This document shows positions 1 through 12,834 of a DNA stretch of 64,000 bases, piece by piece. The position numbers were made by a program, and so were the translations under genes. Location: positions 334,676,001-334,740,000 of the forward strand of contig OZ024741.1 of assembly GCA_964016885.1 (NCBI GenBank). The letters run 5' to 3'. The stretch is from Eledone cirrhosa. Its lineage: Eukaryota. The notes under the pieces were generated by a model that had not been told where the DNA came from, made no database searches, and worked only from the letters and a program-made list of their open reading frames with translations. Positions within the stretch are counted from its first letter, which is position 1. The number at the start of each line of letters is the position of its first letter.

Positions 1-86
1 AGATGAAGGAAGAAAGTATTAAATTTCATATATAGTCTATTTTTAGGGGTGTAGAATTGTTATTTAGGGTAGAAAGATAGGTAGTG

Positions 87-950
87 TTAGGATTTGGTTG
101 AAGGTTTGAAGTGTGAGAATTTCGCTTTCAGTTTATGCTGGCAAAAAATTGACCTTTCAATTTTGTTGTTGAGTAGTTGGTGGCTTGAGCTTAGAATATG
201 GAAGAGCTCATTATTACACAACGGGCACGTTTTCAGCCCACTCCGGTATGGAGGAGCATGTGAGAGTTTGGTCCATTTAAGGGTGTATTGTCGGTTACTC
301 CCTTTTAAGTGCCAAATTTTGTCGGCGAGAGTCGTTACGTAACGGTGTTGGTGGTGCTTTATTGCGTAACGATGCGTGTACCAACGAGTTTTGAAGGTGT
401 TTGCAGTGCTGCCTATGTAGTACCAGGTTTGGTTGCCCGACTCAACCGAGCACCTGTATACTAGGTTTGAATGCAAACATTCGTTATTCAATGGACAAGT
501 CTCTGGAAGGTGGCAATTACAATTTCTGTTATGGGCAGTGGTGTGCTGGGATGTGTGTGTGAGCGTGTTTTGTGCATACTGATTGTTAGTGGGTGGTTGT
601 GTATTAGGTGTATTATTGTGTTGAGCGATTGGGGTGTTGTTGTTACGGAGTTTTTTGGCGTTGAGCATCTTAATGTTTGCGTCTAGGTTTGGTGCAGTGG
701 AATAAGATAGTCTAATTGTTTTGGTATTAAGTATACTACTATATTTATGTAAATTTGGAAAGTGTTTTTTTATAATTTTGTAGAATGTGGAAGGTAAGTT
801 AGAGCTAATAGAAGATTTAAAAATAGGATTATACCAAATGTAAGATCTACTCCGTGTTCTGTTTTGCTTTGATGTTGCTGTTGTATTTGTGGTGTGGTTA
901 GTATTAGGGGGTCTAGGTGCGTGTGTGCGGGTGAAATTCTGATGAAACAA
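87..950 (-). mobile_element. Penelope-like retroelement (PLE), 5'-truncated: RT-thumb/linker plus C-terminal GIY-YIG endonuclease, frame still open; Hydra-clade-like
   Basis: ORF shows YIWYNP..F linker, CxCx5C (CNCHLPETC), LVYRC..YYIGST..FKTRW..H GIY-YIG core, and terminal CPLC..E..LLN..E..CQH; abuts (TA)n at 952-976. Clade assignment is inference. Confidence 0.9.
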
Positions 951-1023
951 TTATATATATATATATATATATATATTAGTGAAAAAGAACAAAGGAACTA
1001 TTATGACATTATAACAAGTTTAT

Positions 1024-1070
1024 TGCCGACAGCCGTTTCGTCCGACCCCATGGTGGGACTTATCAAGGCA
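1024..1070 (-). ncRNA. Type-I hammerhead ribozyme, U3-A8 core variant, in a PLE-type tail
   Basis: Minus strand reads TGCC-TTGATAA-GTCC(12 nt)GGAC-GAAA-C GGCT G-TC-GGCA; stems I, II and III pair; GUC site; AATAAA overlaps the 3' end, then (TA)n. Confidence 0.75.
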
Positions 1071-1985
1071 TATAACATGTGATTGCAAGATCATTGTTTA
1101 CATCAACGTATCACTCAAGGCTAGCAGTGTGAAATTGTTGTATACATCAGCAACTCCGCTTGTATAGTTGGGGTCAATATTCTAAGGGGGGCTCTTTTAT
1201 ATTAGTTGTCGGGGTCAGGGATTGAAGTTTAAGAATTAGACAAAAATATATAATTTACGCATCAACATTAAACTAAAAGATTTGTGGTCCCGTAGAAGCA
1301 CCTTAGAAAATCCCTCAATGAGTGCATAAAGCTTACAGGCTCCAATAAACCTATTAGACGAGAAGAAAATTAAGAGGCTAATAAAATAAGAAAATAAAAA
1401 TATAAAGTTTCCCTAAAAAATATATAAAGTTCCTATGAAATTTCTTCTAGAGAAAAAAATTTTTTTCCGAAAGAAAAAAACCTTCTTCCCCCGAGATCAC
1501 GTTTACAAAATTCAGAAAACTGAATTGAAAACTAGGTTGAAAGAAACTAATCAATTAGAGGTTAATTCAGAGAGCCTTCTCTCAGAAAAGGCCCCTTTAA
1601 TATTTCCAATAGGAACTTCTTCCGAGAGACCCTTCGAAGAATTAAAATTTTAGAGAGCCTTTAAGGATAAATATAAAAACGAATTGAGGAAAATTATACA
1701 TTAAAAGTTAAAAATTAAAAATTACGGTATTTGGGATATCCGAGGAATTTTCAAAGGGCTGCTTCAACAGATACAACTTAGGCATAATAGATACAATAAT
1801 CTAAGCAATTTAAGTAATTTAATTAGGGAGCAATTCAAGGAGTTTATCAAGTTGGGCAAGTTTAAAGAAAGTGGTAACTAAGAAAATACATAAGCAAAAA
1901 GACAATAATTATAAAATATATCTTTAAGAAGGTATAAGAGTGAGAAATGAAATTTCGTTTCATTTTTTCCATATATATATATATA

Positions 1986-3283
1986 TGAGGTACACTCAAG
2001 AAGTTATGAGACTTTTTCTTTCCAGGCACTTTTAGTTGACATGTGTAACTGTCATTCTAATACATCCTTGATATGGCTATAATAAGTAGACATGTCAAAT
2101 CTTATTTTCTCCAGGTTGAAGGTTTCGGCTGCTACAGCACTTCAAACACTACCGATCATACATCTTTTGTCACAGCTGACTGGTTCCACAATGCAGTTGG
2201 GACAGGACAATTTGGATGTTCAATATGCAATAAGGTTTTGTGTCAAACTTGACAAAAAGGATGCAGAAACCCATGGAATGGTCAAAACTGCTTACAGAAT
2301 AACTTTCATGAGCTAGGCGACTGTTTATTGCTAACACAAGAGATTCCAGGAGGGCAGGGATCAGGTGAGGGATGATGAGAGGTGTGGCAGGGAGGGGACA
2401 TCAGGACACCAAAGTTGATCGTAAAAGTTCACAAATTTTTGAATGAGGACTGTCATGCATCTCTTCTGAAGATTGCTAAACAATTTGAAATGGCTGAGGG
2501 CACTATGTACAGAATCATTCATAATGATCTGAACACTGCAAGGTTTGTTTCCAGGGTGCTCAATGAAGATCAAAGGCCGAGGCATATTGATGACAGCATG
2601 AAATGGTCAAGTGGTTTGTCTCAAATCCAAGTGTACTTGAGTCTCTGGTAACCTGTGACGAGAGCTGGGTCTACTGTTATGATCCAGAGACCAAGAGACA
2701 GAGTGTCTAGTCGAAAACATTCTGACTCTCCAAGACCCAAGAAAGCCAGGCAAAGCAGGTCCACTGGGAAGCTCATGATGATCCTATTCTTTGACTGCAA
2801 GGGCATTATCGACATCCACCATGGCAAGACAGCCAACAAAGAGTACTATATAGAGGTTTTGAGACAGTTCAGAAAGAGATTTCATTGCAAAAGACCAGAA
2901 CTCTTCAAGTCTGATCAGTGACACCTGAACCAGGGCAATGTCCCCTGCCACAAATCCATCATGGTGACCAACAACTTAGCTGATATGAGCATCAAGACTG
3001 TCCCTTAGTTCCATGTGACATCTGGATGTTCCCAAAGGTGAAAGAGAAGCTCAGGGGTATCCACTTTAAGGATGTGGAGGAGATGAAGTAGGCTGTGACA
3101 AGCGCCCTGGGCACCTTCACTTTGGAGAACTACAAAGGGGACTTCCAGAAGTTTCTGAAGTATTACAACAAGTGCATTGAAGTTGGAGGATCCTACTTTG
3201 ACGGAGACAAGAGTTTTCTGTTTAAATGAGTTAAATAAATGTCTCTCTGACAAAAGTCTCAAAAGCTCTTGAGTGTATATTGA
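1986..3283 (+). mobile_element. Full-length but decayed Tc1/mariner (DD34D-type) transposon
   Basis: TIRs tacactcaagaagttatgagactttt / aaaagtctcaaaagctcttgagtgta within TA tracts; frameshifted transposase pieces QYAIRFCVKL, VTCDESWVYCYDPETKRQS, GKLMMILFFDCKG, PCDIWMFPK. Confidence 0.92.
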
Positions 3284-3391
3284 GTGTATATATATATATA
3301 TATGTGTGTGTGTCTTTGTGTATATATATATGTGTGTGCGAGTATATATGTGAGTATATATATATTTGTATATATGTGTAAGTATATATAT

Positions 3392-3870
3392 ATCATCATC
3401 ATCATAATTTAATGTCTGTTTTTCTATGCCAGCATTCATTAGACGAGTTGCCCCTTTGTGAGACAAGCCAGGTCTGATGTCTTGCTAATACCGAACTAGC
3501 TTTGGCTTGGAATGGGTAGGTATGTGGATGAAGGGAGGGGTGTTAGACCATGGTGGTATGTGCAAGAGCGAGGGGGGAAGGTAGTGCATAGAAGATGTAT
3601 GCTTCAGCCTGTGCACATGGGAAGGCGGGTCTTCTGTATTAATGCATAACGCCAGAGTTTTCGATCGTGTGCCATTGCCTTTGAAAGGTGCAATTGTGCA
3701 AGGTCAGCTTTTATCACCTCATCCCAAGTCTTCCTAGGTTTTCTTACTCCATAGCGTTCATCAAAATTGAGCCCCTTTCACATTTTTATGCAAGTGTCAT
3801 CCTTCATATGTATCATATGTCCATGCCAACGCATTCTCCTCTCCTGCACACTACATCTGATCCCTCATAT
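3392..3870 (-). mobile_element. RTE-clade LINE 3' fragment
   Basis: Decayed RT C-terminus (WHGHMIHMKDD..GKPRKTWDEVIKADL) plus 3'UTR ending in (GAT)n; a tail fragment follows on + at ~3900-4180. Confidence 0.75.
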
Positions 3871-4881
3871 CTCCCATGAGGAAGGCTGAAGCATACATAT
3901 AGTGAAGCACCCAATCCACACTGTAAAGTGGTCATGATGGCGACACGGTGAAAAGCACACAGCCCACACTGTAAGGTGGTCATGTAGGTGTGATGAGAAA
4001 AAGCCCCCAGTACTTACTGTAAATGTGATTGACATTAGGAAGGGCATCCAGCTGTAGAAACCAAGCTAAAATTAATTCTGTTTGAGCGAAACACGGTCAC
4101 CTGACCTGGCATTATTCAAAACAGGACAACTCGTTTAACCCATGCTAGAGTGGGAAAATGGATTTTAAACGGTGATGATGATGTGTGTGTGTGTGTGTGG
4201 GTGTGTGTATCTATGTGTGTCTGTGTATATATATGTGTATGTGTATATACATATGGATGTGTGTGTATGTGTGTGTGTATGTATATGTGTATATAAATAT
4301 ATATATGTACATATATTTATGTATATATCTATATGTATGTATATGTATAATGTATGTATATATATCTGTGTGTGTATATATATATATACGTATGAATGAA
4401 TGTATATATGTAGTATAAGCTCACAGCCCCATATAGAACCAATGAAACTGTCAATCCTACTGACTTGTTTCAAAACCATGCTCAGATATTTTTAATGTTT
4501 AAAATCCATTTGCAAAATCTAAGCCACAAATGTTGTTTTACAATGTGCTATTAAGGCTATAGAACTCTGTAGAATTCTGTAGAGTGCTTATAATAATGCC
4601 ATTTTATTTTTCGGTTTTATTACTAGTTTTAAAAGTCATCTAAGACGGCTGTTTTTATGGTTTTCAACTTTGAGAGAGAGAGAATTTAGATATCTTTGAG
4701 GAATTAATCTTGAGGATTTCTTGTAAAATGCGCTCTTGAAATAGCTAAGATAAGAATTCATCTTTAAGTATGATAGAAATCAGAAAACAGAACAAAAAAA
4801 TGTGCTTTTTATATGAAGATAGTTGGTTGTGAGTAAGTGTTTTATTATATGAAAATTATGTATATATAATATATATACTTT

Positions 4882-4953
<72 letters not shown>

Positions 4954-5182
4954 AACACACACACATATATGCATATGCATATATATATATGCAAGCGTGG
5001 AATATGGATGTTAAACGATGATGATGATGATATATACACACACACACATATATACATGCATACACATATATATACATACATACACACACACAGAGGCACA
5101 CATATATATTAAATACCGTCTAACCCATGCTAGCGTGGAAGATGGACATTAAACGATGATGATGATGATGATGATGATGATA

Positions 5183-6320
5183 AAATAATGAAAATTATTG
5201 TGTACAGGGCACTACAACTCATCAAAGGTGCATGTATAGTATATAGAATAATTGTTTCTACTTTTGGCACAAGGCCAGCAATTACCCAGTGCATTACTGG
5301 AACTTTATTTTATTGACCCCATAAGGATGAAAGGCAAAGTTAACCTCGGCGGGATTTGAACTCAGATCATAAAGGGCCGTAACTCTATGCTGCAAAGCAT
5401 GGCGCCCGACGTTCTACCGATACTGCCAATCCACCAAATGTACAAAAGTCAGGAAAGTGAACAGTGTATGAGTAATGATATACACACAGACACACATTCA
5501 TGCATTATAAGGTGGCGGTATCTCAGGTGTAGTGTTGGCGAATTTTGGGAAGCATGGAAGTTTTGAAGGACTCAATGTATCGACAGCTAACAACTCATGC
5601 AGGTAGTTTGTTCCATGCTACAGCAACTCTGAGTGTGAAAAAATGTTTTTCAAAAGTCATTGGAGCTATACTGTTTTCTAATTTTGTAAGCATGTTCACG
5701 GGTGTTAGACATATGGTATTCAAAAAGGTGCCACGGGTTGTTGTTGGAAATATGGTTAATAATCTTGTAGGTGTCTACCAAGCCAGTTGCCAGACATCAG
5801 AGCTTTAATGTATCCATGCCTAGGGAAGCAGTGTAAGGTAGATGCTTGATGGAGGGTATTTGTTTGGTTACATGTTCCTGAAGAGTTTCCAGAGATCAAT
5901 ATTTTGAGCAAGATAGGGATTCGAGACTGGTGATGCAAATTCAAAATGTGGACGCATCATAGCTATATACAGCTTTAAATAGATAGCTGGAGTGTGGTTG
6001 ACAAAGGTTTCACTGAGTGGTGGTCAGACACCCTCAGCCTTCTTGACAATTTTAGTGATGTACTTTGTCCAATGCAAATCGCTGTTGACAATAATGTCCA
6101 GGTCACATTCACAAAAGGACTTCTTGAGATCGATGTTGTGCAGGGAGTATGTGAAAGCTGGGTTTTTCTTTCCCAAATGATAGCTTAAAAAATGGGGTGA
6201 ACACCCTTAAAAGACAGGAAAAGAAGTTGCCATCAGCCACTATGAGAAATTGAACACCATATCTTCCAGTTTCTATGTTATAAGCTATCTTTATAGTATT
6301 TCTGTGCTTGAACACTTTCT
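5183..6320 (-). mobile_element. CR1-like LINE 3' end (RT C-terminus plus tail), interrupted by a SINE at ~5250-5437
   Basis: Minus-strand pieces LYIAMMRPHFEFASPV.NPY and FFTLRVAVAWNKLPA; the tail sequence recurs at ~19255 and ~48830. Confidence 0.8.
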
Positions 6321-6342
6321 TTATACTTATATATATATATAT

Positions 6343-7359
6343 AACCAGCGTTATGTAACAACACTCGCAGACAAGGCTTGGCAGCTGCGTGAAAATAACC
6401 AACAATTTCACCTAAAATGGGATATAATAGCGCCTGCCCCCCCATAATCCCATGGACAGGAATTTTGTAAATTATGTAATGTAGAATTATTTTGTATTAT
6501 GAAATCCAAAAACATTTTATTAAATAACAGTATAGAGCGATCGTTATACTGTAACCATCGCTTAAAATCTACATTTTCATATTATAAATACTACCAGGAT
6601 TGAACGCCTGTCTCTACCTCCGCTTGATTGTCAAAATAGATATTAACATTCTTTATTAGTCTTAATTCTATCAACTCTTCTATTATTTACCATTTAATAT
6701 AAACTGCTATAGATAAAATGAGATTTCTGATTCTTGATTCAATTCCCTAATGCATATACCAGCTGGCTACTAGCATTGATGTTATTCAGTAACAATCGAA
6801 ATCTCCCCCTTCCCCAATTGACACTTTATAATTAATACTACTACACCAAATGACCAGCTCTGTCCACTGTCCAATTGGTCAAGTAGAGATTAAAATTGGC
6901 ACTCCCAAAAATTCTTATTTAGATAAAATGAACCATTTACTCATGGTATTCTCATTAGAAACCCATTATATACTTGTTTAGCAGTAAATTGAATTAACAT
7001 CTGTCATACACTATCCCCTCTTTTTCTTCCTCTATTACTAATATAAATACTTCAATTTTTCTGATTTTATCCAATTTATCCAAAATCTCTGAAGAAGTGA
7101 CAACTGATTATACATTTGCTATCGAATACTTGCTAACATTATATGATTACGCAAGCAGCGATACATAGGTATTCCGTCTGTTACAGAAACATATGTCAAT
7201 ACCTAATAAATTCCTTTTTTTAAAAAAAGCACTTTCATTTTATATTCATCCTTTCTACATTTTCTCCGGAATATAATTTATACTCGTTGAGCAAACCTGC
7301 ACGTACGCTGTTCATCTCTAACGTAACGATATATTATCACTACATTATTGATAACCTGA

Positions 7360-7365
<6 letters not shown>
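6343..7365 (+). mobile_element. PLE 3' fragment (GIY-YIG C-terminus plus 3'UTR with HHR)
   Basis: NQRYVTTLADKAWQL..LKW..APP*..CKLCNVELF..LLNNSIERSLYCNH aligns to the C-terminus of ORF 87-950; bounded by (TA)n on both sides. Confidence 0.88.
7086..7200 (+). ncRNA. Hammerhead motif with enlarged stem II (stem I decayed)
   Basis: CTGAAGA-A-GTGACA...(~75 nt)...TGTTAC-A-GAAA-C ATAT G-TC. Confidence 0.6.
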
Positions 7366-7399
<34 letters not shown>

Positions 7400-7404
<5 letters not shown>

Positions 7405-8470
7405 ATCTCAGCGCTTCAAAAAGTCAAATATTATCACTGAATTAGATCTATTGAACTTTCGACACAATGGAATCTTCAGTTGCTAACATGAGGGATGAAA
7501 ATCTTTCGCTAAGTATCACCTGGACTAGCATAGGATTAGATCTCATGTCTCTGCATTCATTCTACATCAATTAACTGACTCCTTACACCACATTTCCTCA
7601 CACCACCTTTATTCATCCTGGCAGCCACATGTCTCCTCTGTTGTAGGTTTCTGTTTCGATATCTCTAAAATTTTGCTGCTCAATTTAATTTATTGCCTTT
7701 CAATGAAATCTTATCATTTCTGGTCTTTTTTCTTTTTTCGCTTCTTTCTATCTCTTTCTCTTCCCCTTTCTACACCACTGTTCTCAAATGATTACAATAT
7801 CTTCTCTGACCAATCATAGTCCCCACTTTCAACTTTTCTTCACTTACAGCTCCACCAATCTTCTCATTGGTCATTTGGACTGTAATCCCCCACCCCATGC
7901 CACCCGTGTACTATGATTGGTATAATTATTGTTATCCACGTACTGTTTTATTCACTATTTTTGTGATATATTATATTTGGATTTACATTTTTTCTATAAA
8001 CCAAAATGAAATTTATATATTAGCTTTGTCAGCAGTAAGCAATGCTTATTGCAGAAATGTGGAACTTACCACTAAGAATATAGCCAATTCTTTTTCTGAT
8101 GAAGCGCAATCGAAGACACTTAATGCATGCAGACGAACATCATTCAATGTAGTCAGTGGATGTAGACTGTTATGTAATTGCGCAGAAACCTATGTTAAAG
8201 ATAGATTACACAATAAATTCTTCTTCTGTCTATCTCTTCCTGTCTAGTTTTTACAAAATTTTTTCTTGGTACCATATTTATATTTATTAAAAACTCCATG
8301 GTCTCCGCCTTGGCAATTGTACCATAACCATTTTACCTGGATAACTATGCTACAGAAATTTAAGTAACACGATGAGAAAAATATCTGGTAAGCTGTCTTT
8401 CCATATTAAGTTAGGATACTCACCTCAAACAAACTTGATTTGACCTACACGAACAAAATTTTATTCTCAT
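7400..8470 (+). mobile_element. Second tandem PLE 3' fragment (different subfamily)
   Basis: Decayed frame NIITELDLLNFRHNGIFSC*H resembles the LLN.R...CxH PLE terminus; long AT-rich UTR with HHR; flanked by (TA)n. Confidence 0.6.
8091..8201 (+). ncRNA. Hammerhead motif with enlarged stem II
   Basis: TTTTT-CTGATGA-A-GCGCAAT...(~65 nt)...ATTGCGC-A-GAAA-C CTAT G-TT-AAAGA. Confidence 0.65.
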
Positions 8471-9041
8471 TTATATGTGTGTGTGTATATATATATATAT
8501 ATATAAACCATGCAAGCGTGGAAAAAGGGATGTAAAAATGATGATGATATGTATATATATATATATATATATACATACACACATACTTTATTTATCTAAG
8601 TTATAATATATATATATATACAGTATATATATATATATAAAAAACACGAAGGGAAAAGAAAGTATAATGTTAGGTGTGCATAGAGGGAAATACATATATG
8701 CAAGTATTAAATTTATTCAACACCATTTGTTGATTTTGTTTTTTTCATCCCCTTGATAAACATTAACTTTAAAACTGCTATGCATGAATTATAATTATTG
8801 AATGAAAATTATTGATCAAAGAACTATCTTCCCATTGATTGGAAAGCTATTGAGGGTAGCAGCTGGGTGGGAACAATAAATTTACTTATCCTAACTCTGA
8901 TAATTTCAAAATATTAGATAATTACTTTAATTCTCACCCCACCTCTCCCATCTCATCCCTTTTTTCTCATTGAAGCCTCAGATAAAAATCAGAAATTCTA
9001 TAGACTGAACTATATATACATACATATATATACATACATAC

Positions 9042-9081
<40 letters not shown>

Positions 9082-9133
9082 TGTTTGTAATATTGGTAGA
9101 GAAAGGAACTTGTTTGATATCAATTATTCTTGC

Positions 9134-9517
9134 TTAACCCTTTTCCGATACCAAACTGCCAAACCCCCTCTCACTGCTTCTATGATATGAAGCTGTTTGT
9201 TTTTAAAGTGTTTATCATCACCATCATCTAGTTATCAAAAAACTTTCCAACATAATTTTATATATAAACCTTCATGTTATTTCCAAACACCAATTTAGTA
9301 GTGAATAATTTAGTCATATTATTAAATCCCTCCAAATTCCTGAATACTTTCAAAATGTTTATCATCATCGTAACTTTATGTAAGAACCTTTACGTTATGT
9401 TCCAAAGACCAACGTAATAGTGAAAAAGTTATTTATCTTACTAAACCTCTCCATAATTCTTGATTATTTCCAAATTTGAAAATCAAAAGCAGTGTAATAT
9501 GGTAATGAAATGGTTAA
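9134..9517. mobile_element. TTAA-flanked non-autonomous element (piggyBac-like MITE, family 2)
   Basis: TTAA|CCCTTTT ... AAATGG|TTAA; related pieces at ~9960-10078, 16975-17580, 39320-39590, 43676-44182. Confidence 0.6.
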
Positions 9518-10696
9518 GCAACTCAGGGTAGATGACTCTTTCTTGAGATGGGACACTAGTTAGTCACAAAGTTACCCTACTTCTCCCCAGATGCTGATGG
9601 TTCTCATGTTTTCAACTAAGTGAACTAGAGGAATGTAAAATACAGAGTCTTGCTCAAGCACACAACTTGTTGCCTGGTCTGGAGTTTTAGTATTAATCCA
9701 TTTTAGAAGGTTCTTATCCAAATTGATATCTTCGAACATATTTTTATATTATAGTTTCTGATTTAGGTACAAGGCCACCAATTTTGGTGTAGGGGAAAGA
9801 TGATTAAATCGACCCCCAGTTCATGACTGGTACTTTATTTTATCAAGCTCACAAGGAGGAAAAACAAAGCTAATCTCGATGGGATTTGAACGTAAATGAG
9901 GACATAACTATATGCCACAAAGAATGTTGTCCAATGCTCTACCAATACTGACTATCAAATAATGAGAAAGTTACTTTCAAAATACTAATTGCTTTCAAAT
10001 ACTTGGTTATTTTCCAAATGATTTGAAAATTACTGGCAGTCTTTCATTAGAAAGAAATATGGTAATGAAAGGGTTAAGATTTCAACTTGACACAACTGAC
10101 AGGATGTGTTGAAATGTTCTCTTATTTCATCCAAGATATCGGTATGCTCTTCCTGTTGATCTTTGACTGACTAGTTTGATTTATATACTTAAATGCCACA
10201 CAAAACATTTCTTATTCCAAGACTTCAACCATCTGACTTTGGAAATCAATCAAATTTGGTTACCATTAAAAAAAAAATTTTTTTAAACTTAAGTTGAAAT
10301 TTAATTTTATATTTCTTCTATATCAACCATAATAATACACCACATGTGTTTGTATATTTGTATATATAATCTGTCTGTAATCCTTAAAAATGTATACACA
10401 CAAACATACACGAAATGCATTTCCTATTTGTTATGTTGCTGCAATAAGAAGTTAGCTTTCCAATCACAAAATCCTAGGTTCTAACCCTTCATTTGTCCAT
10501 ATAAATAGTTATTTTTGCCAAAGTTACTCATACATATATTCATATATGTTATTTCTACATAAATGCTGACTATTTATGTAATTATATTCTTGAAATAAAT
10601 TATAAAAATAACAATTTTATCTTTAGTTACTTCCACATGTCTGTAATTATCATAAACTATAGGGTTTCCTTTATGCAAACCATTAATTCAAGTCTC

Positions 10697-11100
10697 CTAA
10701 AATGATAAGGACGTCTTTTTTAGATATTCTGATGATTTCTTTAGGTCCTCATAGAAGTCTTTGGCAGCATCATAGTTATATTCAAGTGTTATTATATAGA
10801 TTTGTATGATGGCAATATTCTGTGGTCTTACAGCCACAGGCATGGTGATGAATCTGCTGGATACTGATGTATAGTTGATGAGTGAGTTAACTCTCATTTT
10901 GTTAATGATGAAGCCTGCTTCATGTTCATGCTTGGTGTCATCTCGGCTGTACCACAGTTTCTGACCTTGTCTGTAGTTATTTCACTAAAATCTGACATGA
11001 AAACAACCCTAAGATATCCCATGTGTATCTGGCATCTTGATATGTAAGTTCTTTCATCATTCCACAAGCATGCAGGGAGAAAATAATCCACATCCTAAAG
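10697..11100 (-). mobile_element. RTE LINE apurinic-type endonuclease fragment, frameshifted
   Basis: LHACGMMKELT..RYTWDILGL, DFSEITTD, VSSRFITM..RPQNIAIIQIY..DFYEDL. Confidence 0.8.
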
Positions 11101-12254
11101 GCAGTATTTTCTTTGGAAAAGTTGATGGTTGTCAATATGGATGTCATAGATGCTGTTGTTGTCATCCCAGTTTCTCATTGATCACCTCCATTCTGGGAAA
11201 CAGGAGTGGAGAGTGTGGTTGTTGGTTTTCTAGGCCTCGACTGTTCTAGCATGCATTTTGTTATTGTGTATGTGTTTATTTCTCTCTCTCTCTCTGTGTA
11301 TGTATGTATTTCTGCATGTGTGTGTGTGTGTATTGCTGTTTGTATGTGTATTTCTGTGTGTGGGTATTTATATGTATGTATTTTATTGTGTACATGTATT
11401 TCTGTTTGTTTGTGTGTGTGTGTGTGTATTTCTGTTTGTGTGTGTGTGTGTCTTCATTTGTTTGAGTATGTATTTCTGTATGTGTGTGTGTATGAGCGAG
11501 AGAGTGTGTATGTGTGTGTGTTTGTATTTCTGTTTGTGTGTTTTTGTATTTCTGTTTGTGTGTGTGAATAAAATAACATTTTGAAATATTAGTTATGCGT
11601 ATATAAATATGTGTGTATGGGTAAATGTGTGTGTGTATGTATGTTGATATGTGTGCATTTTAAAATGATGTTAGGCATTTGTAAATATGTATATCTGTCG
11701 ATGTGTGTGAATATGAGAATATTTTAAAATGTTACTTATGTGTATAAATATGTGTGTATCATGATTATATATCTGTGTGATCTCTGTGTGTGTATGTGTG
11801 TTGATACAAGATCATCTTTATTTTTATCTAATATTTCTTCAATCTTGTGCTGAAGTTAAAAAATTGAATAATATATAAAAAAAAAAAAGAAATAAAAATA
11901 AAAAATATATATATATGGAAAGCTAAGAGGCTTTTCTTGTGATTGGAATAAAGATATTTTTGGTAGTTGAATAAAAATATGATGAAATATGAAAACTTGA
12001 AGATAAATTCGACCAAATTATGAAGAATTTCAAGACTTTGATTGTCTTGAAATTCTTCATAATTCTTCATAGACTTATCATGTCTGCTATCTTTGATGAC
12101 CCACGATGAATAGAAATTTTGTTTTGCTTCCCCTCCCCCCGCACTCCCCGACCCCACCATCTCCACCACATACAGTTTTAAAGTATTGGAATAAATAATA
12201 ATGTCTATACTTTTTATTTAAAATTATAAATTAATTTATAGTAATAATAATAAT

Positions 12255-12832
12255 GTTTTCTAATATTTGTATAAAGCCAGCAATTTTGGGGAAAATTAAA
12301 GTCAATTAAATTGACACCAGTACTTGATTGGTACTTTATTTTATCGACACTAGAAGTATAAAACACAAAGTTGACTATAGCAAGATTTGAGCTCAAAACT
12401 TAAAATGTCATAACTAAATGCTATGAAGCATTTTGTCCGGTGCTCTAAAGATTCTGCCAACCCACCACCATACTACTTTAGGCACAAAATTGTTTCTGAT
12501 TTAGGCACAAGGCCGAATTTTGTGGGAGGAGAAATTTAATTAAATCGACCCCAGTGCATTACTGGTACTTTATTATTATTGACCCTGCAAGGATGTAAGA
12601 TAAAGCTAACCTCAGCGGATTTGAACTCAGAACATAAAGGGACATAACTATGTGCAGCAAAATATGGTCAGACAAGCTACTTATACTGCCTATCCCCTGC
12701 CATAATAGTAGTAATAATAATTTTTTCTACTTTTGGCAGAGAGCCAGCAATTATCCCAGTGCATTACTGGTACTTTATTTTATCAATCCCGTAAGGATGA
12801 AAGGCAAAGTTAACCTCGGCAGGATTTGAACT
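12255..12832 (-). mobile_element. Cluster of three tRNA-derived SINE (family A) copies
   Basis: Diverged reverse complements of the B-box GAGTTCAAATCC and core TTTGCCTTTCATCCTTACGGGGTCGATAAAATAAAGTACCAG. Confidence 0.85.
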
Positions 12833-12834
12833 GG

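Noticed and set aside
7115-8170. SECIS elements inside the enlarged HHR stems
   Set aside because: The AA bulge and mini-stem are reminiscent, but the AUGA core is absent (ATCGA, ATGCA), the helix is ~9 nt rather than 11-12, and the PLE ORF at 87-950 has no in-frame UGA
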